Part shown: positions 14,230-29,419 of the stretch, one piece after another
Layout of the letters: each line of letters begins with the position of its first letter
Numbering within the stretch: the stretch's first letter is position 1
NCBI GenBank assembly: GCA_951406725.2
Contig: OX597817.1
Coordinates: 137,950,001 to 138,014,000, forward strand
Origin: Octopus vulgaris
Taxonomy: Eukaryota
Reading direction: 5' to 3'
Length of the DNA: 64,000 nucleotides
Notes under the pieces: model-generated
Seen by the model: only the letters and a program-made list of their open reading frames with translations
Databases searched by the model: none
What the model was told of the DNA's origin: nothing
Program-made: the position numbers and the translations under genes

Positions 14230-15776
14230 CAGACGAGAAAATTGCTTCAGTATACGTAGATATATAACGTGTCTACCTGGATTCAGATTCGATCGCAGAA
14301 CGATATATCATAGGGAGGTACGAGATACGCAAACACACATGCACGCACACACACACACACAAAACCCATGTCTATATAGATGTGTGTGCGTGTTCGTGTG
14401 TGTATATATGTGTGTATATATATACACACGCACACACATATACACACACGTACCTTTATGCAAAAATAAGAATTGCATATATATATATCTTACATGTGTG
14501 TATGTATGTACGTATTTATATTCGATGATTTCCTTGAAGTAATTGCTGTCTAATAGATGTTGTAATAACTTAGATATAAGCCATCTAAAAACAAAGCCTT
14601 CAATCCCAACACCACAACCACCACCACCACCAAGAACAAAACCACCAACACCACGACCACCGCGTAGCACTCTTTTCCGTACACAGTTTTACTATTCTGA
14701 TATGAATTTCACTTACTTATTACCTGACATATCGCAATTATATCAAACAAGTATCATTTCCTCTTTCAGTCAATTAGAATGTCATAAAATTCTCCAGCTT
14801 AAAAATCATTCCATAATAACTATTTACTTATTTATTAGATTTTGTTCGTTTTTTGTTGGTTTTTTTTTTACTGTATTTTTCTATTCTTCTACTTTGTTTT
14901 TTATGCATGCTTCTCTTGTTTTGCATACGATTGCTATTTCTAACCTATGGATACAAATTAGAACCTATATCCGAAGCTAACTTGGTGAAAATATATGTTG
15001 CCACAGAGTCTATGTAATAAGCTTGACGGTGAGTCTTAAAATGAAAAAGAAAACAGACGATAACTCGGAAAAAAAATGTTATGAACAAGTCTTGCCATCG
15101 TTTCAGAACAGCGGCTCTCAATAAAGCAAAAACAAATTTCAACGAGGAATAAAATAAAGCGTTTCCCCTGGAGAAAAGTCAGTGTTAATTTTTTTGTAAT
15201 AGAGAAGTCATTTGCAAAGAATAAAACAGAGATTAAAAGTTCAAGCAAAACAAAAAGCATTTTTGTAGGTAAATAGAAGTCAATCTCACATAAAATTGAA
15301 GTTATTTCGAGATTTAAAAAGAAAACCCGATGAACATAAAATATAAAACAATATCGCTTTTGTATTTCACTAAACAAACACCTTATAGAAACCAATCAGG
15401 CGTGTAGATTGATATATATGTGGAGGGGTATGTAAATTTATGTATGCATGAATAAATAAATACATATATATATATATATATACTCATACATAAAAACTCA
15501 TATATTACATATATTTGCTGCAATAGCTACCACAGTTGTACAGTTTACAACGGATGCAGATTTCGAATCCCGTGGTCGTTGTTACAGGCTATATTCTTCT
15601 CCCGCGATAGTAAAACCATTATTTTAGAGGTTACAGTAAAACTTTAACCGAATCTCGTGTTCATTTTGTCTTCGTATACATAACTATATATATATAATAT
15701 ATTCGGTTTATATGAATATATGAAACTCATGATTCACAGTACCAATGTGTGTATATCTATAATTATATTTTGATGT

Positions 15777-15852
15777 ACTCTACTGACGATTCGAAAATAC
15801 TTATGTAAATAAAATTACATAATTTATTAACGATGAAACAATTGTATAGAGT
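15777..15852 (+). ncRNA. Type-I hammerhead ribozyme with extended stem II
   Basis: Stem I ACTCTA/TAGAGT (6 bp perfect), core CTGACGA, stem II TCG..TTATGTAA/TTACATAA..CGA, then GAAA CAATTG TA. Predicted cut after A15846. Confidence 0.8.
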
Positions 15853-16106
15853 TAATCTATTTTTTCGTAATTTTTCATTTGTCCTGCTCGCTTACGTTCT
15901 TGGCGTGTTGAATTAATTCTTGAGAACAATTCCTTGGTGATGGATTCCCTTTTCGGATCTATATCTAGCGTTAGAGCGTCCACATGGTGGATTCTCTCTT
16001 ATTGTTTTGTATTAATATTTACTGTATCCCAGTCTTTTATACGCTAGGCCACTTGGTGTTTAAATTGATGTTATTAATTAATATTCAATTTTTTTACCCT
16101 TATTTT

Positions 16107-16142
<36 letters not shown>

Positions 16143-16143
16143 G

Positions 16144-16179
<36 letters not shown>

Positions 16180-16227
16180 TGTGTGTGTGTTGTATGTCTG
16201 TGTACGCGCACGCGCACAAAGTGTGAT

Positions 16228-17950
16228 AAACTTATCTATGTTTGGACCAAAGAGTGGTCCAAGCCATATCTAACTTAATAACACCACCCGATAGGATTTG
16301 CTAAATTCTTTTTAAGTCAAGTTTTGTGATATCATGGCCCATTGAAGTAAGGAGCTCTTGTTGAGTGAACTGTACCCCGGTATAGGTGGCCTATCTGGTA
16401 TCCCTTAAAGAAATTTGTCTAGATTTCGTTTTGAAGGTGAAGGGATCTTTTTCTTCTTTGATGTGTTTTGGGATGTTGTTAAATAGGACAGGGCCTGTTG
16501 AGGAAAAGAAATTGCGTTGTAGTGTATTTATGTGTTGTGATCCTGATTTGGCTCGGAGACGTATGGCCCGTGGTCCTAGCCTTGGATGAATTTTGAAGCT
16601 AATGTTGAAATCGTTTGGGCAATGCTGGCGGTATATTCTCCACAATGTGCAAATAATGTATCGCTCACGGCGGCGCTGGAAAGAATAGAGTTTCAATGCT
16701 TTAAGGTGGTCCCAATAATCGAGATCAGTCATGCCCTTAATTCTGGGATGATTCAATTTCGAAATGTTTTGTTTTATATGGGGAGCCCACATGGCGCACC
16801 AGTATTCTAGGTGTGGCCGTACAAAGGAGGAGAAAAGTGGAATGATGACACCTTGTTCTCTGGACCGGAAAGTTTTTAGGATCCAGGAACTCATCCAAGG
16901 AGCTATATCGACCTTATTGTTGATGTGGGTACTCCAACTGAAATTGTTTGTCAACAGTTACTCCTAGGTTTCTGATATCATTAGATGCTGTGAGTGGTTC
17001 CTCTGAAGAAAGAGAATATGGTTGTTTTAGCATAGTCTTTTTTCCAGAATGCATCAGTTCAAACTTTCCCTCCTTTAGTCGCATTTTATTTTTCTCTCCA
17101 CATTAACTCACAGCATATATATCAGACTGGAGTTCAGTTCAGTCTTCTCCGTTGATAATTTTTATGGAACTTAGAAGTCATCGGCGAATATTTTCCCTTT
17201 GCCGTGTTTGATGACGCTTGAAATGTTGTTCATATAAACTATAAAGAGAAGCGGGCCCAAGATACCACTGGTGACTTTTGCTGGACTTGAGTGGATTCCA
17301 CTGGTCTCAACATGTTGTATTCTATTCTCCAAGAAATACTCAATCCTGTGTAGTAGTTTTCCACGGATTCCAGTATTTGACAAATGTTTGACAAATGCTG
17401 AAATCAAGATATATGACATCACAGTTCGAACCTTTAAAGACAACATCGATGTGATGTAGGAGCTATGTTAGGCAGTCCCTGCCGCATCGAAGGCCATGCT
17501 GGTTGGAATTTAGAAGATTGTAGCTCTCCAGGAAGCCAGCTATCCTTGATCTCACCACCCTTTCAAACACTTTGTAGATCTGGGAGGTGAGTGAGATTGG
17601 GTGATAGTTGACTGCGAGGGATCTGTTTCCCTGTTTGAAAACCCGGATAACAGACTAAGATAAGAGCTGTTTCGGTATATAGCCTGAGTCAAAAGAATTT
17701 CTGCAGAGGCTAGTTAGAGAGACTGCAAGTTGATGTCTACATTCCTTCAGGACTCTAACGAGGAATTTGTCAGGGCCTACTGCAGAATAGTACCTGATCT
17801 CATTTATTGCTGCTATGATGTCTGAAGTAGTAAAAGTTATGACCGAGATTATATGTTAAGGATCGACTTCGTTCACATCCCTTGCATCAATATCAGTGGA
17901 ACCACTAAAGACAGAGCAGTATTGTTTCTACAGTACTTCTGCCATTAAAT
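16228..17950 (-). mobile_element. CR1-group LINE, 3' 1.7 kb, decayed
   Basis: ILGPLLFIVYMN...KIFADD (17171-17446) and FVRPHLEYWCAMWAPH...LKLYSFQRRRERY (16391-16954). 3' stem-loop GGACCA/TGGTCC. Confidence 0.9.
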
Positions 17951-18039
17951 TGACAATGTTCATTTTTATACTTATTCTATTTGCCATTACAAAGAGGGTA
18001 GATAAAATAGACAGAGTGGTGACTTTCATCAGTAAGCCA

Positions 18040-18904
18040 ACTAACTTTAGCTAAAATACATTCAAATGTGCCAAAGTTAGATTCCTCATAAAAAGGTTGG
18101 ATTTATGGTTCTGACGGTCCCAAAACAGACTACAATCGGAATACACAGGACAAGGGGTAGTGCAATCCCAGAGTTATAATAGGTGCGGGACCCGAGAATC
18201 CACATGAGTAGTGATGCGGCATTCCATGGGCATATTGCCAGGATGGCATCACTGTATAGGCGAGTAGATGGATGGATCCTTAGATCGTTCAGAACCAATA
18301 ATAAAGATACCTTGTTACTCCTATGGAGGACATTTGTCCTCGGCTATCTGGAATACTGCTCCCAACTGTGGTTGTCACAGAGCGTTAAACTGGTGGCAAG
18401 AACTTAAGGCAATCGAGCACCACTACCCAAAGACGACTGACTCAGTGAAACAGATGAGTTACTGGGAAAGGCTACAAAACTGAAGCTCTACTCTTTGGAG
18501 AGAAGGCGACAAAGGTATGTAGTGATATATATATGGAAGATCCTGGAAGGTCTATCTTCCAACTTTGGAATGAAAAGCAATACCAAACACCAAACTGGAT
18601 GGCACAGTATAATACCAAAGAATACCATTTACTTCATCTCGGACAAGAACCTAGTAATGCAACAACTTGGGATTCAGTGGACCATAACTGTTTAACATCG
18701 TGCCAAGGAACCAAAGAGATCTGCAAGGTGTAGCTGTGGAAATGTTCAAAAAGCACCTGGACAAATATCTATCTGAAATCCCAGATGAGCCCACATCACG
18801 GCAGGGGGCAGAAAGAGGGGCAGCTTCGTAGAACTCGCTTCTTCACCAAAAACAGTACTGAAAGGAGAAGTGTTGCTCAGGCATGGGTTTCAGGGAACCA
18901 CAAC

Positions 18905-18905
<1 letters not shown>
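18040..18905 (+). mobile_element. CR1-group LINE 3' fragment ending in (TA)n
   Basis: GWILRSFRT..TFVLGYLEYCSQLW, MSYWERL, ERRRQRYVVIYIWKILEGL and FKKHLDKYLSEIPDEP across frames. Confidence 0.85.
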
Positions 18906-18981
<76 letters not shown>

Positions 18982-19049
18982 ACATATAAATATAAATATA
19001 TTTATATAACATACTAGCTGAAGGTGACCCGCTCTACGCGCGGGTAAGA

Positions 19050-19390
19050 GTGTGGTTGTTACTTTCTGTTGCTTCCTTTCAGCACGTAAAAAGCACCATC
19101 CGAACGTGGCGGATTGCAGCGCCGCCTTGACTGACTTCTATGCTGGTGGCACGTAAAAAGCACCAACCGATCGTGGCCGCTGCCAGCCCCCCTGGCACCT
19201 GTGCAGGTGGCACGAAAAAAGCACCCACTACGCTCACAGAGTGGTTGGCGTTAGGAAGGGCATCCACCTGTCGAAACACTGCCAGATCAGACTGGAGCCT
19301 GGTGCAGCCTCCTGGCTTCCCAGACCCCTGTCAAACTGTCCAACCCGTGCTAGCACGGAAAACGGACGTTAAACGATGATGATGATGATG
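19050..19390 (+). mobile_element. SINE-like repeat ending in (GAT)n
   Basis: Internal GCACGTAAAAAGCACC repeats, GGTTGGCGTTAGGAAGGGCATCCA core and GGACGTTAAACGATGATGAT tail. Confidence 0.7.
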
Positions 19391-20066
19391 ATTCTCCCTC
19401 TTTGTTTCTTTCTCCTTTCTCTCTCACTTTCCCACTCTCTTACTCTTCCTTTCTCTCGGACTCTCCCTCGCTTTCTCTTACTCTCTATCTTTATGTATCT
19501 CTCTCCCATTTATAAACAACAAAAGATCTTGAGTAAGTTGAGAAATAAAATATTTAGAAAGATCAATCATAAATATCAGGCAGTAACAACGGAAAGGTCT
19601 GCTTCAAGACAGACAGCAAAACACTAACATTTAAAAGGGACAGACGAACTTGCGAGCTGAATAAAAATAATAAAATTTTGGAAACCAAAGTTTGAAGGGA
19701 TAGAATTTGAGGATAGTAGAGTCACCATGGCTGGCATTTCTTAACGACGGACAGCAACGTATTGACAGTTCAACGGCTGGCGTAAAATTTTGAACTTGAT
19801 GTAAAAGAAAATCCCTAAAAACCAAGTTTTGAATTGATTCTTCCTCACGATGGCAAGCATTCAAAACTTCTTCATCATGGACGGCAACACATTGACGATT
19901 ATAAGGCTGGCGCAAATTTTTTAGCTTGACGTAACAGAGAATTGCTAAACACCCGCTCCTTTAAATTTTAATCCCCTTCCAGCCCCATTTAGACCCCTTT
20001 TCACATTTTGGTTAATATAACCCGATTTCATTTGGGTCTACTGGGGCCACATTTTATAAGATGAGG

Positions 20067-20263
20067 ACTCAACCAAGTTTCCCAAGTTCTGGTCATAGAC
20101 CATAGAACACTCAACCAAGTTTCCCGAGTTCTGGTCATAGACCATAGAACAGTCAAGCAAGTTTCCCGAGTTCTGGTCATAGACCATAGAACACTCAACC
20201 AAGTTTCCCGAGTTCTGGTCATAGACCATAGAACACTCAACCAAGTTTCCCGAGTTCTGGTCA
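20067..20263. repeat. 42-bp tandem repeat, about 4.7 copies
   Basis: Unit ACTCAACCAAGTTTCCCGAGTTCTGGTCATAGACCATAGAAC. Confidence 0.95.
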
Positions 20264-20685
20264 TTTGCAGAATAAATAGAGACGGCGGAGGTGGCAGACG
20301 TCGTTGCAATGTAAACATGATTTGTTATAAGAGAAAGATTGTCCAGATTGTGTGTTGGTGGTGGTGGTGGCGATGATAATTATCTTTAAGAATGGAGATA
20401 AAGAGAAATTGAATGGGAGTTAGAGGTAGAAAGAGAAGTTGTAAATTTTGGAGTGAATCCGACGGGATGTAGTGGGCTTTAACCCCGGCAAAAAAAAATA
20501 ATATCTGTTGCGTTTCTGAAAGAGGTGAAGTAGGAATATTGAAACTTTTGCGAATCGGACGGGATGTAGTGGCATTGAAAGCGATCCAAGCGGTAAAAAC
20601 GCAATTCAGTTTTATATATATATATATATATACATAAATATATATATATACATACATACATATATGTGTGTGTGTGTATGTATAC

Positions 20686-20720
<35 letters not shown>

Positions 20721-20740
20721 CTCAAAATAAGCACCCAATA

Positions 20741-20833
<93 letters not shown>

Positions 20834-20999
20834 CTACATCTATCTGTCTATATATATGTATGTATATGTGTATGCAAATATATTTAAATATATATGTGTG
20901 TGTATGTGTATGTATGTATGTATATATAATTATATTATAGTTATGAGCAGCAGCAGCAGCAGCCGCAGCAGCAGCATCGTTCTCTATACTGGTAAGAAT

Positions 21000-21700
21000 C
21001 TTTCTGTTTAACACGTATTTTTAATGCATTTTGTTTTAACTTTTAAGAATTTCTCATATTATTTTCTTGCTCTTTAGATTTTGTTTGAATCCATGAATTT
21101 CCAAAGTCTGTTGGCGGTTCCAGACATTCCCGATTTGATGTTCTCTATGAAATTAATTGAGTGTTAGCTGTTATTGTTGTAAAAGAATCGAAGAATCTTT
21201 ATGTTTGGTTTAATTGTTATGATCAAGAGTTTGGCCTTGGATAAATTACCAGTCTTTTGAGCTTTCTCTTGTTTTTATTTTCTATCCATAAAGCTTCTTT
21301 TAGGAGAATTCTTTATAACATAGTTTTATAACCAAATGATGTGTTTTGTGTAAGAGTTTGTGTTGTGTAATGTCTCCTTGTTGTAGATGCATAAGAAGTT
21401 GATGTGAAATATATTAGTTGTTTGTCCAACCTAACAGCCAATCGGAGAGTTTGCATCTTTCATGTTTACATCAGAATTCATAATTTATATTAGTCATTTG
21501 ATATTTATTGACGATGAAGAGATGATTCATTTTTGTGTCATTGCAGTAAATTATAAATGCTAATTTATGACTGGGTCGAATTTAAGATGGCGCTTGGGGA
21601 TTTCATGTTTTCATAATTCCTGGTATATTTAGTTTATATAATACATATTATGTGTATTCTGCTATATTTATTGTGTTGAATTTCGTTCTTCATAATTGTA
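21000..21700 (-). mobile_element. Penelope-like element C-terminal GIY-YIG endonuclease remnant
   Basis: Minus strand: KLAFIIYCNDTKMNHLFIVNK..TNINYEF*CKHERC...VGQTTN...LMHLQQGDITQH...AKLLIITIKPNI, i.e. the GIY/YIG halves with a CCHH pattern, interrupted by stops and frameshifts. Confidence 0.7.
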
Positions 21701-22180
21701 CACTTTGGTCCATTAAATTCATTGAAAATTCATTAGAGATTTCTCTACAGAAAAAAAATGTCGTTTAAAAAGAAATAAAATTCCTCCGTTCAGAAGCAAC
21801 CAACCCAATCCTCTCCTGAACTCTTTGAAAATATTCCGTCACTTTCCTGTGCTTTGCTCTGTCCTTTATATCAGCCTCAAATACTGAGCTGTTGGCGGGG
21901 AATTCTTTCTCACTGATATCTTTATAAATCTCTCTTCGTGAAGCGAGCAGAATCTATAGAAACGTCTCGTAGTGAGACCAATCCAGTCACTTTTAAACTG
22001 ACCAATCGCTTTCGCTTCCAACGTATCAAACATTATAGAAATAATAGTAAAGGATGACGATTTCCCTTTCACTTCTCTCGTTCTGCTAATTATGGCTTCC
22101 GTCAGCCCACTGTCTAACGATACCACCAGATCTTCGGCAGAATCAATGATGTTTTTTTACTTCATTAAGGCTTTCTGACA

Positions 22181-23445
22181 TACAGGATGTTCGGACTAAA
22201 TTTTACGATATTTTGTCTCCTTTTTTCAAAAGCAGTTTGATGTATTAGTGAACAGTCAACGACATCGGGAAGTAATTGAGAAAATGTCAACTGACATGAA
22301 GGACTGGAATCCCTCTGAATATAGCAAAAAGTGTTACCTTCATCCTATGATTCGAGCCGAATATCAAAATGTCGGCATCATGGGTGCTGCACATTGCTTT
22401 GTGACCATTATAAGGGCTTAAGTTGTGACATGAACAGCTACAGCGGAGACTATGAAACCGTGGCCAACACGAAGGGACACGCAGACATTCTGGCTGTGTC
22501 TACACGCCGGAATTCACGCAACAACTAGAGGACAAGGTGATGGAAGATCCGAACGTAGGAGTCCGGGTTTTGGCGAGAGAAATGAGTACTAGAGTCACCA
22601 TCATAAAGCTAGCCCTGAATGAGGACCTTCGCTACCACTCGTACAAGAGGTGCAAGGGACGAATTCCCCTAGCCAAGGCAGAGGTGAACCCATTGACGGA
22701 GGTAAAGAATTTCCTGAACAAGCTGAGGCAATCTATTGAGCCAGGGATGATCTGGTTTTTCTCATATGAAAAGAACTTCTGTCGGAACCAGTTGCACAAC
22801 AAACAGAGGAACAGGTGACCTGCCTGCAATCCATGTGATGTCTCATGTAGCATTTGGAAAACCATGTTGCCCCAAATTGTAATGGTCTTTGGTTTGTCTC
22901 TACAGTGAGGGTGACGTCATGCCATCTTTGAACAGGGCTTTAGGCTCAATTCAGAGGGTTATGTGCTGGAGATTGTGGTTAATCTCCGGCTGGAGAAAGT
23001 TGCTGCTGGAAGGCCATCTGTATGGGAATATGATTCGTTTCCTTACCATACCTCTAGAAAGAGTCAGAACTGATTATCGGAGAATTTCTACGATTTCTGG
23101 CTTACTGATTCCTCCGATTGTGAATCCATGAACTAATATGTGTGGGGTGTTGATGAAAGAGACACCAACCACTCTGCCGAGCTGGTGGCCAACATTAAGG
23201 CTGTGTTCGAAGATCTTCCCAGGGACACAATGAGGAACTCGTGTGCCAGGTTTTAGAACTGATGTGCCAGGCTCTTTGAGGCTGTGTTTGAAGCTGAGGG
23301 CGGCTACTCTGACTAAAATGTTATCTCTCAACCATAATCTACTTGTGCTTTTTTTAAATTTTAAACTACTTCTTTTTGGATTGAATATTGTGTTTTCTTT
23401 CCCTTTGATGCAGACTGTCTCTAATTAAGGACAGAAATCCCAGAG
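22181..23445 (+). mobile_element. Tc1/mariner (DD37D/maT-like) transposon relic
   Basis: LNEDLRYHSYKR...LNKLR...WFFSYEKNF (SDEK motif), MVFG..SEGDVMP, SSDCESMN.YVWG. Starts TACAGGATG. Confidence 0.75.
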
Positions 23446-23459
23446 TAAACGGTTTCAGT

Positions 23460-23960
23460 CAATAGGCTAGAGCATCTATAATTCCGTCAAAAAAGCTTTG
23501 TCACAGAATGAGGCAAATCGGCAAACTATGTTCATTATTCATCCCTCATCTGCTACTCTAGAGAAGAGCCTTAAAAATATCCCCATTTAATGATATAGGA
23601 TCAAACGCCCTTTAAAAGCATAACGACAAAACTGCTATAGATCTATCAAGGCAGTTACAACAGCGACATTTCATCTCATAATCAGCCTTTAAATTAAATT
23701 GGTAGATCTCACAACCACAAATGCTTACTCTTAGCAACCTTAAGCATAAAAGAGGAGAAGGATCCTATCACCTTTAAACGGAGGCTGGACAGATTTCTTC
23801 AAGGAATACTAGACAAGCCACCCATACCTGGATACAACTCAGTCAACAAGTACTCCCTACTTGAATGTACCATAAACAAAACTTGACTTAAAAGGGATTT
23901 AGATAATCCTATCAGGTGGTGCTATTACCTGAACCAATCTTTGGTCGAAACATATCTAAG
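23460..23960 (+). mobile_element. CR1-group LINE 3' end (same family as 16228)
   Basis: IKEEKDPITFKRRLDRFLQGILDKPPIPGY and 3' UTR ATCCTATCAGGTGGTGCTATTA shared with the 16228 copy. Confidence 0.75.
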
Positions 23961-25224
23961 TTTTATCGTCATCTCAAATGCAGTATCTTTATTAAGAGTC
24001 AGAACACTCTTCTCCTCTGAACAGCTGTAGACCCCATAAGAAACATTTATGGGCGCCCATTCACCACTCTGCTTCTCGCATGTCAAGAACTTCGTTGCGG
24101 TCACAGATAACATATATTATCCTTAGAGGAAGCTCATTCGATTAATGTACAAATCTTTATTCTTTAAAGCATTACAACCCAAATTGCACAGAGGACTTGA
24201 TACCTTCTGCTGCTTTTTAATACCGTGATAACAGCGATTCCAGCTTCTGATTCCAAGAACATTGGGCATATTCCGCACCACGCACTACTTCGTCTTCTTT
24301 TGCTCCATGTTGTTCTTACTGCGAAAAATGTCTGCTCTTTAGGTAAAGGTTAAAAGAGCAGACAGGTGCTAGAGGGGGGGAGTAGGAGAGAGAGACGGGG
24401 GAATGCGTGTAGTAATGGTGGTGGTGGTGGTGGTGGTGGTGGTGGTGAGAAACGAGGATCATTATGATCGTCGTCATCGTTTTCCTGATGAAAAGGAAGT
24501 TATGGCCGTTTGGAAGAAAAGAACGGAGACGAGAAGGAAGGAGGGAGAGGATGGAAAGATTCATAATGAATTGGCGAAAATATTGTGTTTAAAGAAATTT
24601 GTTTATATACCAAATGTAAACAGATCTGAATGTATTTTAACTGCAGCCGCTATGTAATTCATTGCGCATGGTATGTACGCACGCAGACACACATGCACAC
24701 AGATACGTACAAGTATAACACATACTATACATACACATTTACATACACACATACATACATACACGCATACATACACACAATACATACACACATACATGCA
24801 ATACATACAGACACACATACATACATACAATACATACACACAATACATACATACATACATACAATACATACATACACACTTATATACATACACGCATACA
24901 TACACACATACACACATACATACACACATACATACAATACATAAACATATACATACATATAGACAATACATACATACATACAATACAATACATATATACA
25001 TACACACATACATATATACACACATACATATATACACACTCATATACACACGCACATACAAACACGCACACACAATGATTTTGATATAATTATACATAGA
25101 TACAATGCATACATATATGTGTGTGTGTATGTGTGTATAGATGCTGCATATATGTATATATATACATATATATAAATATATATATATATATGTACATATA
25201 TATATATATATATATATTTAATAA

Positions 25225-25309
<85 letters not shown>

Positions 25310-26120
25310 CATATGTACATATATGCTATTCAAATGAAGCAAACAGTCTGTCGTATACTTTAGTCCAGTCTAACAAAATAAAGCAGACGAAAGAATCGGC
25401 CATGTTTGAGTAGCGTGAAATGACTGCACTTTGGACGAATGATGCCGCAAATTCTCTATGACTGTTATATAAGTAGATTTACTAGCGATGCCACTTTCTG
25501 CTATAAGCCATCTTTAGATTAAAGGTAAAGAAAACAAAATTAAACACATAAACTTATATGAACGACCATGTTTTATTGCATTACTTCCCGTAAGTCTCAG
25601 TATAAAGTTATTATATAAAACAAAGCTCCATGTTGTTTCTCTTTCTCTACTCATCATTCCATAAGTTATGAGTTCCCCTTACCAAAAGCTTTACGGCCAA
25701 GCGGTAGATAATTAAATACAGAACCACAAGCAAGATGGTCACGTGTCCTAACATATATTTCCTCTGACTGATACGCTTCTATAAGTGCCGTCTTCCATCA
25801 CAAGACCAGGACATCTTCCTGATATATACAATGCCAGAGTATCTACGGGATCAGTCGACCTTCTAGAAATAGTAGTGAAATCTTTTACTGTCTTTAAAAG
25901 GGTCATACTGGACGATGTGGCCCTGAATATACTGTTGAGAGAATATATGGGATAGTCACGCCAAGAATGTCATACACCTCGCACTAAACATTCTCATTAA
26001 CAACAAAATACATATATCAGACAAAACCTCTGACGTCATTAATTACCGTGACTCCACTACAAATAAAGTGCACCACTAATTAAATGTACAAACATATTTC
26101 AGTGATAGAGCAAATGTGTG

Positions 26121-26175
<55 letters not shown>

Positions 26176-26569
26176 ACATATATATTTGCACACACACACA
26201 CACACACACAGGTTGTCTAGAGGTGGGAGGGTGCGTGTTGGTGTCACAGTAGGAGGTGTAGTTGGTGTATCACTGAATATTGTTTGAACATTAAATTAGT
26301 GTCACACTTTATCGGTAGCAGAATCATGGCAATTAGTGACGTCATAGGTTTTGTCTGCCAAACCAATTCTTCTTTTTCTATTTTCCAGTTCTGCTCCATA
26401 ATCCAGTTTTGCTCATCGTTGGCCTAAATTCTTACAAAATTAATGAATATCTGAAATTAGGAATAGTTATTCTAATATTGAAAGAATTAGTATAAAAGAA
26501 TATAGAATCACAGAACTCTTACCCTAAAAATGAAATAGAGAAACGAAAGGAACATTGCACTCATATTAA

Positions 26570-26629
26570 GTCAAATGTAAATAATGTAAATAATGTACAT
26601 AATTCCTCATCTCTTAAATACAGAACTGT
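26570..26629 (+). mobile_element. Isolated 3' tail of the hammerhead-SINE
   Basis: GTCAAATGTAAATAATGTAAATAATGTACATAATTCCTCATCTCTTAAATACAGAACTGT, the reverse complement of 11559-11616 and 58678-58744. Confidence 0.85.
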
Positions 26630-26792
26630 GAATGTATGCAGTCATGAAATATATTTTATGAATAAATATATTTCCTGTTACACGCACGTAACATCTTTAA
26701 TAGATATAATATAAATGATGTAATGCTGCATATAAGCGCTTTCTGTCTTTTCTCTCTTTATCAACTGCTCGAGTTATAAATGTCTTAGAGCA

Positions 26793-27456
<664 letters not shown>

Positions 27457-27613
27457 GTATATATGTATGTATGTATGTATGTATACACCTGAATATGACT
27501 TCTACTGGTGACTCATCTGGTACTGGCTACTCTTTATAGCATCATCAGGAGCACAATGCAAATATAAGTAACGTGGTTTATGAATCACCCATTGAGCAAA
27601 CTTCACACACACA

Positions 27614-27681
<68 letters not shown>

Positions 27682-27942
27682 CATGAACGTGCACATATAT
27701 ATCGGTATATATTATACATCACATACATAAATATATATATACACACACACACACATACACACATATATATATAATGTATATGCACGCGTGCGTGTGTGTA
27801 CAGGGGGGGGGAGAAGGGAGCAAGTAAAGTGAGGCTGTTAAGTAATAAGGTTTCAAATCACATACCTTCGCTGGTTTTAAACCTTCTTTCACCAGTGTTG
27901 AATGGTGTTTATGATCATTCTTTTGATAGAATGCCCTGACTA

Positions 27943-27978
<36 letters not shown>

Positions 27979-28049
27979 GCGTGTGCGTGTGCGTGTGCGT
28001 GTGTATGTGTGTATCTTTAAGTATGTGTGTGTGTATATATACACATATG

Positions 28050-28117
<68 letters not shown>

Positions 28118-28181
28118 AATGTCTGTATGTATATATATATATGCAGACGCTCAGCCGCGCACACGTACGCGGCGCGTGCAT

Positions 28182-28215
<34 letters not shown>

Positions 28216-28488
28216 CCCCACACACTGATGCACATGTCAGTGCATGGTGATAACGCTACATTAGTATCATCAGGTTTCCAACAGCTAATTATAGCCGTCC
28301 GTCGCCGTGCATCATAAATCCGACATTGAGCACACTACACCCATATTTATTACAGTCAGGTGTACATGAAATGGGGAAACAGTCCATACCAGCCAACTAC
28401 GCACGTACGGAAACAGACACACACAACACTCTATCACATACCGATGCATACGCACATACATACATACATACATACATACATACATACA

Positions 28489-28570
<82 letters not shown>

Positions 28571-28843
28571 TACATATATACATATATACATATATGTGTG
28601 TGTGCGCGTGTGTGTATGTGCATGTATGTATATATGTATGTATAGACATGTGTGTGTGTGCGCGCGCACATGATGTATGTATGCATACACATATATACAC
28701 GATAAGGTATTTGCATTAGTATGCGCACACAGACAAATCTCGAATGAGAAATTATACGAAAATGTCAATGTATTCACGCCGAAAGCCAATGGGTTCATGT
28801 GTATACATGAATAAAGAAACACATAATTAAATGAATAAGGGTG

Positions 28844-28877
<34 letters not shown>

Positions 28878-29124
28878 TTTATATACACACACAGATACAC
28901 GTGAATCGACCCCGTTACTTATTTCTTTTTAAAGCGTGGTACTTTTTCTGCCAGTGACTTTTGTCGAACCGCAACATTAGGCTTTATCCTACTACATACA
29001 TGCGCAAAAATCATTGGCCACCTTCACACAATGTCACAGACATAAACACTTCGTCGTTCATGCACCCTCATCAAGAAGTCATTTCGGACAGTTTCCTGAT
29101 ATATATAAGGGAACTGTTATTGTA

Positions 29125-29182
<58 letters not shown>

Positions 29183-29354
29183 GAAATGTATATGAGTCAA
29201 AACAATTTATTGGCTTTTAGGTTTTATTAAATGCTTGTGTAATATTATGTTATATCATATTCATAGTGTATTATGTAATATTGCGGTATAAATACATTAT
29301 TTATATATATATAAATGTACGTACTTGTGTATGTACCTCTCTCTCTCTCTCTCT

Positions 29355-29419
<65 letters not shown>

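Larger units (their letters stand above)
19014..20340 (+). mobile_element. Putative non-autonomous Helentron/HINE-like element with a nested SINE
   Basis: 5' ACTAGCTG..ACCCGC tctac GCGCGGGT hairpin, internal direct repeats (19725-19820 / 19850-19950), 42-bp array, and 3' TTGTTATAAGAGAAAGAT. Class assigned from terminal architecture only. Confidence 0.45.

Noticed and set aside
20067-20263. CRISPR-like array of hairpin repeats
   Set aside because: Units are near-identical with no unique spacers, there are no cas genes, and the context is eukaryotic.
21465-21480. In-frame TGA next to Cys in the PLE endonuclease as possible selenocysteine
   Set aside because: The TGA is not at the Cys position, and the copy has other stops and frameshifts.
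23925-23955. ACCAA..TTGGTC GAAAC at LINE 3' ends (also 16240 and 47435)
   Set aside because: No CUGANGA core; better explained as the CR1-group 3' recognition stem-loop.
24329-24365. 12-bp perfect hairpin TGTCTGCTCTTT/AAAGAGCAGACA
   Set aside because: Too short for a pre-miRNA and has no other support.
27520-27556. Minus-strand CTGATGA T GCTA..TAGC
   Set aside because: No GAAA follows, so at most a truncated half. Similar incomplete candidates at about 7415, 7815, 15090, 32065, 43697, 58400 and 63441 were not called.
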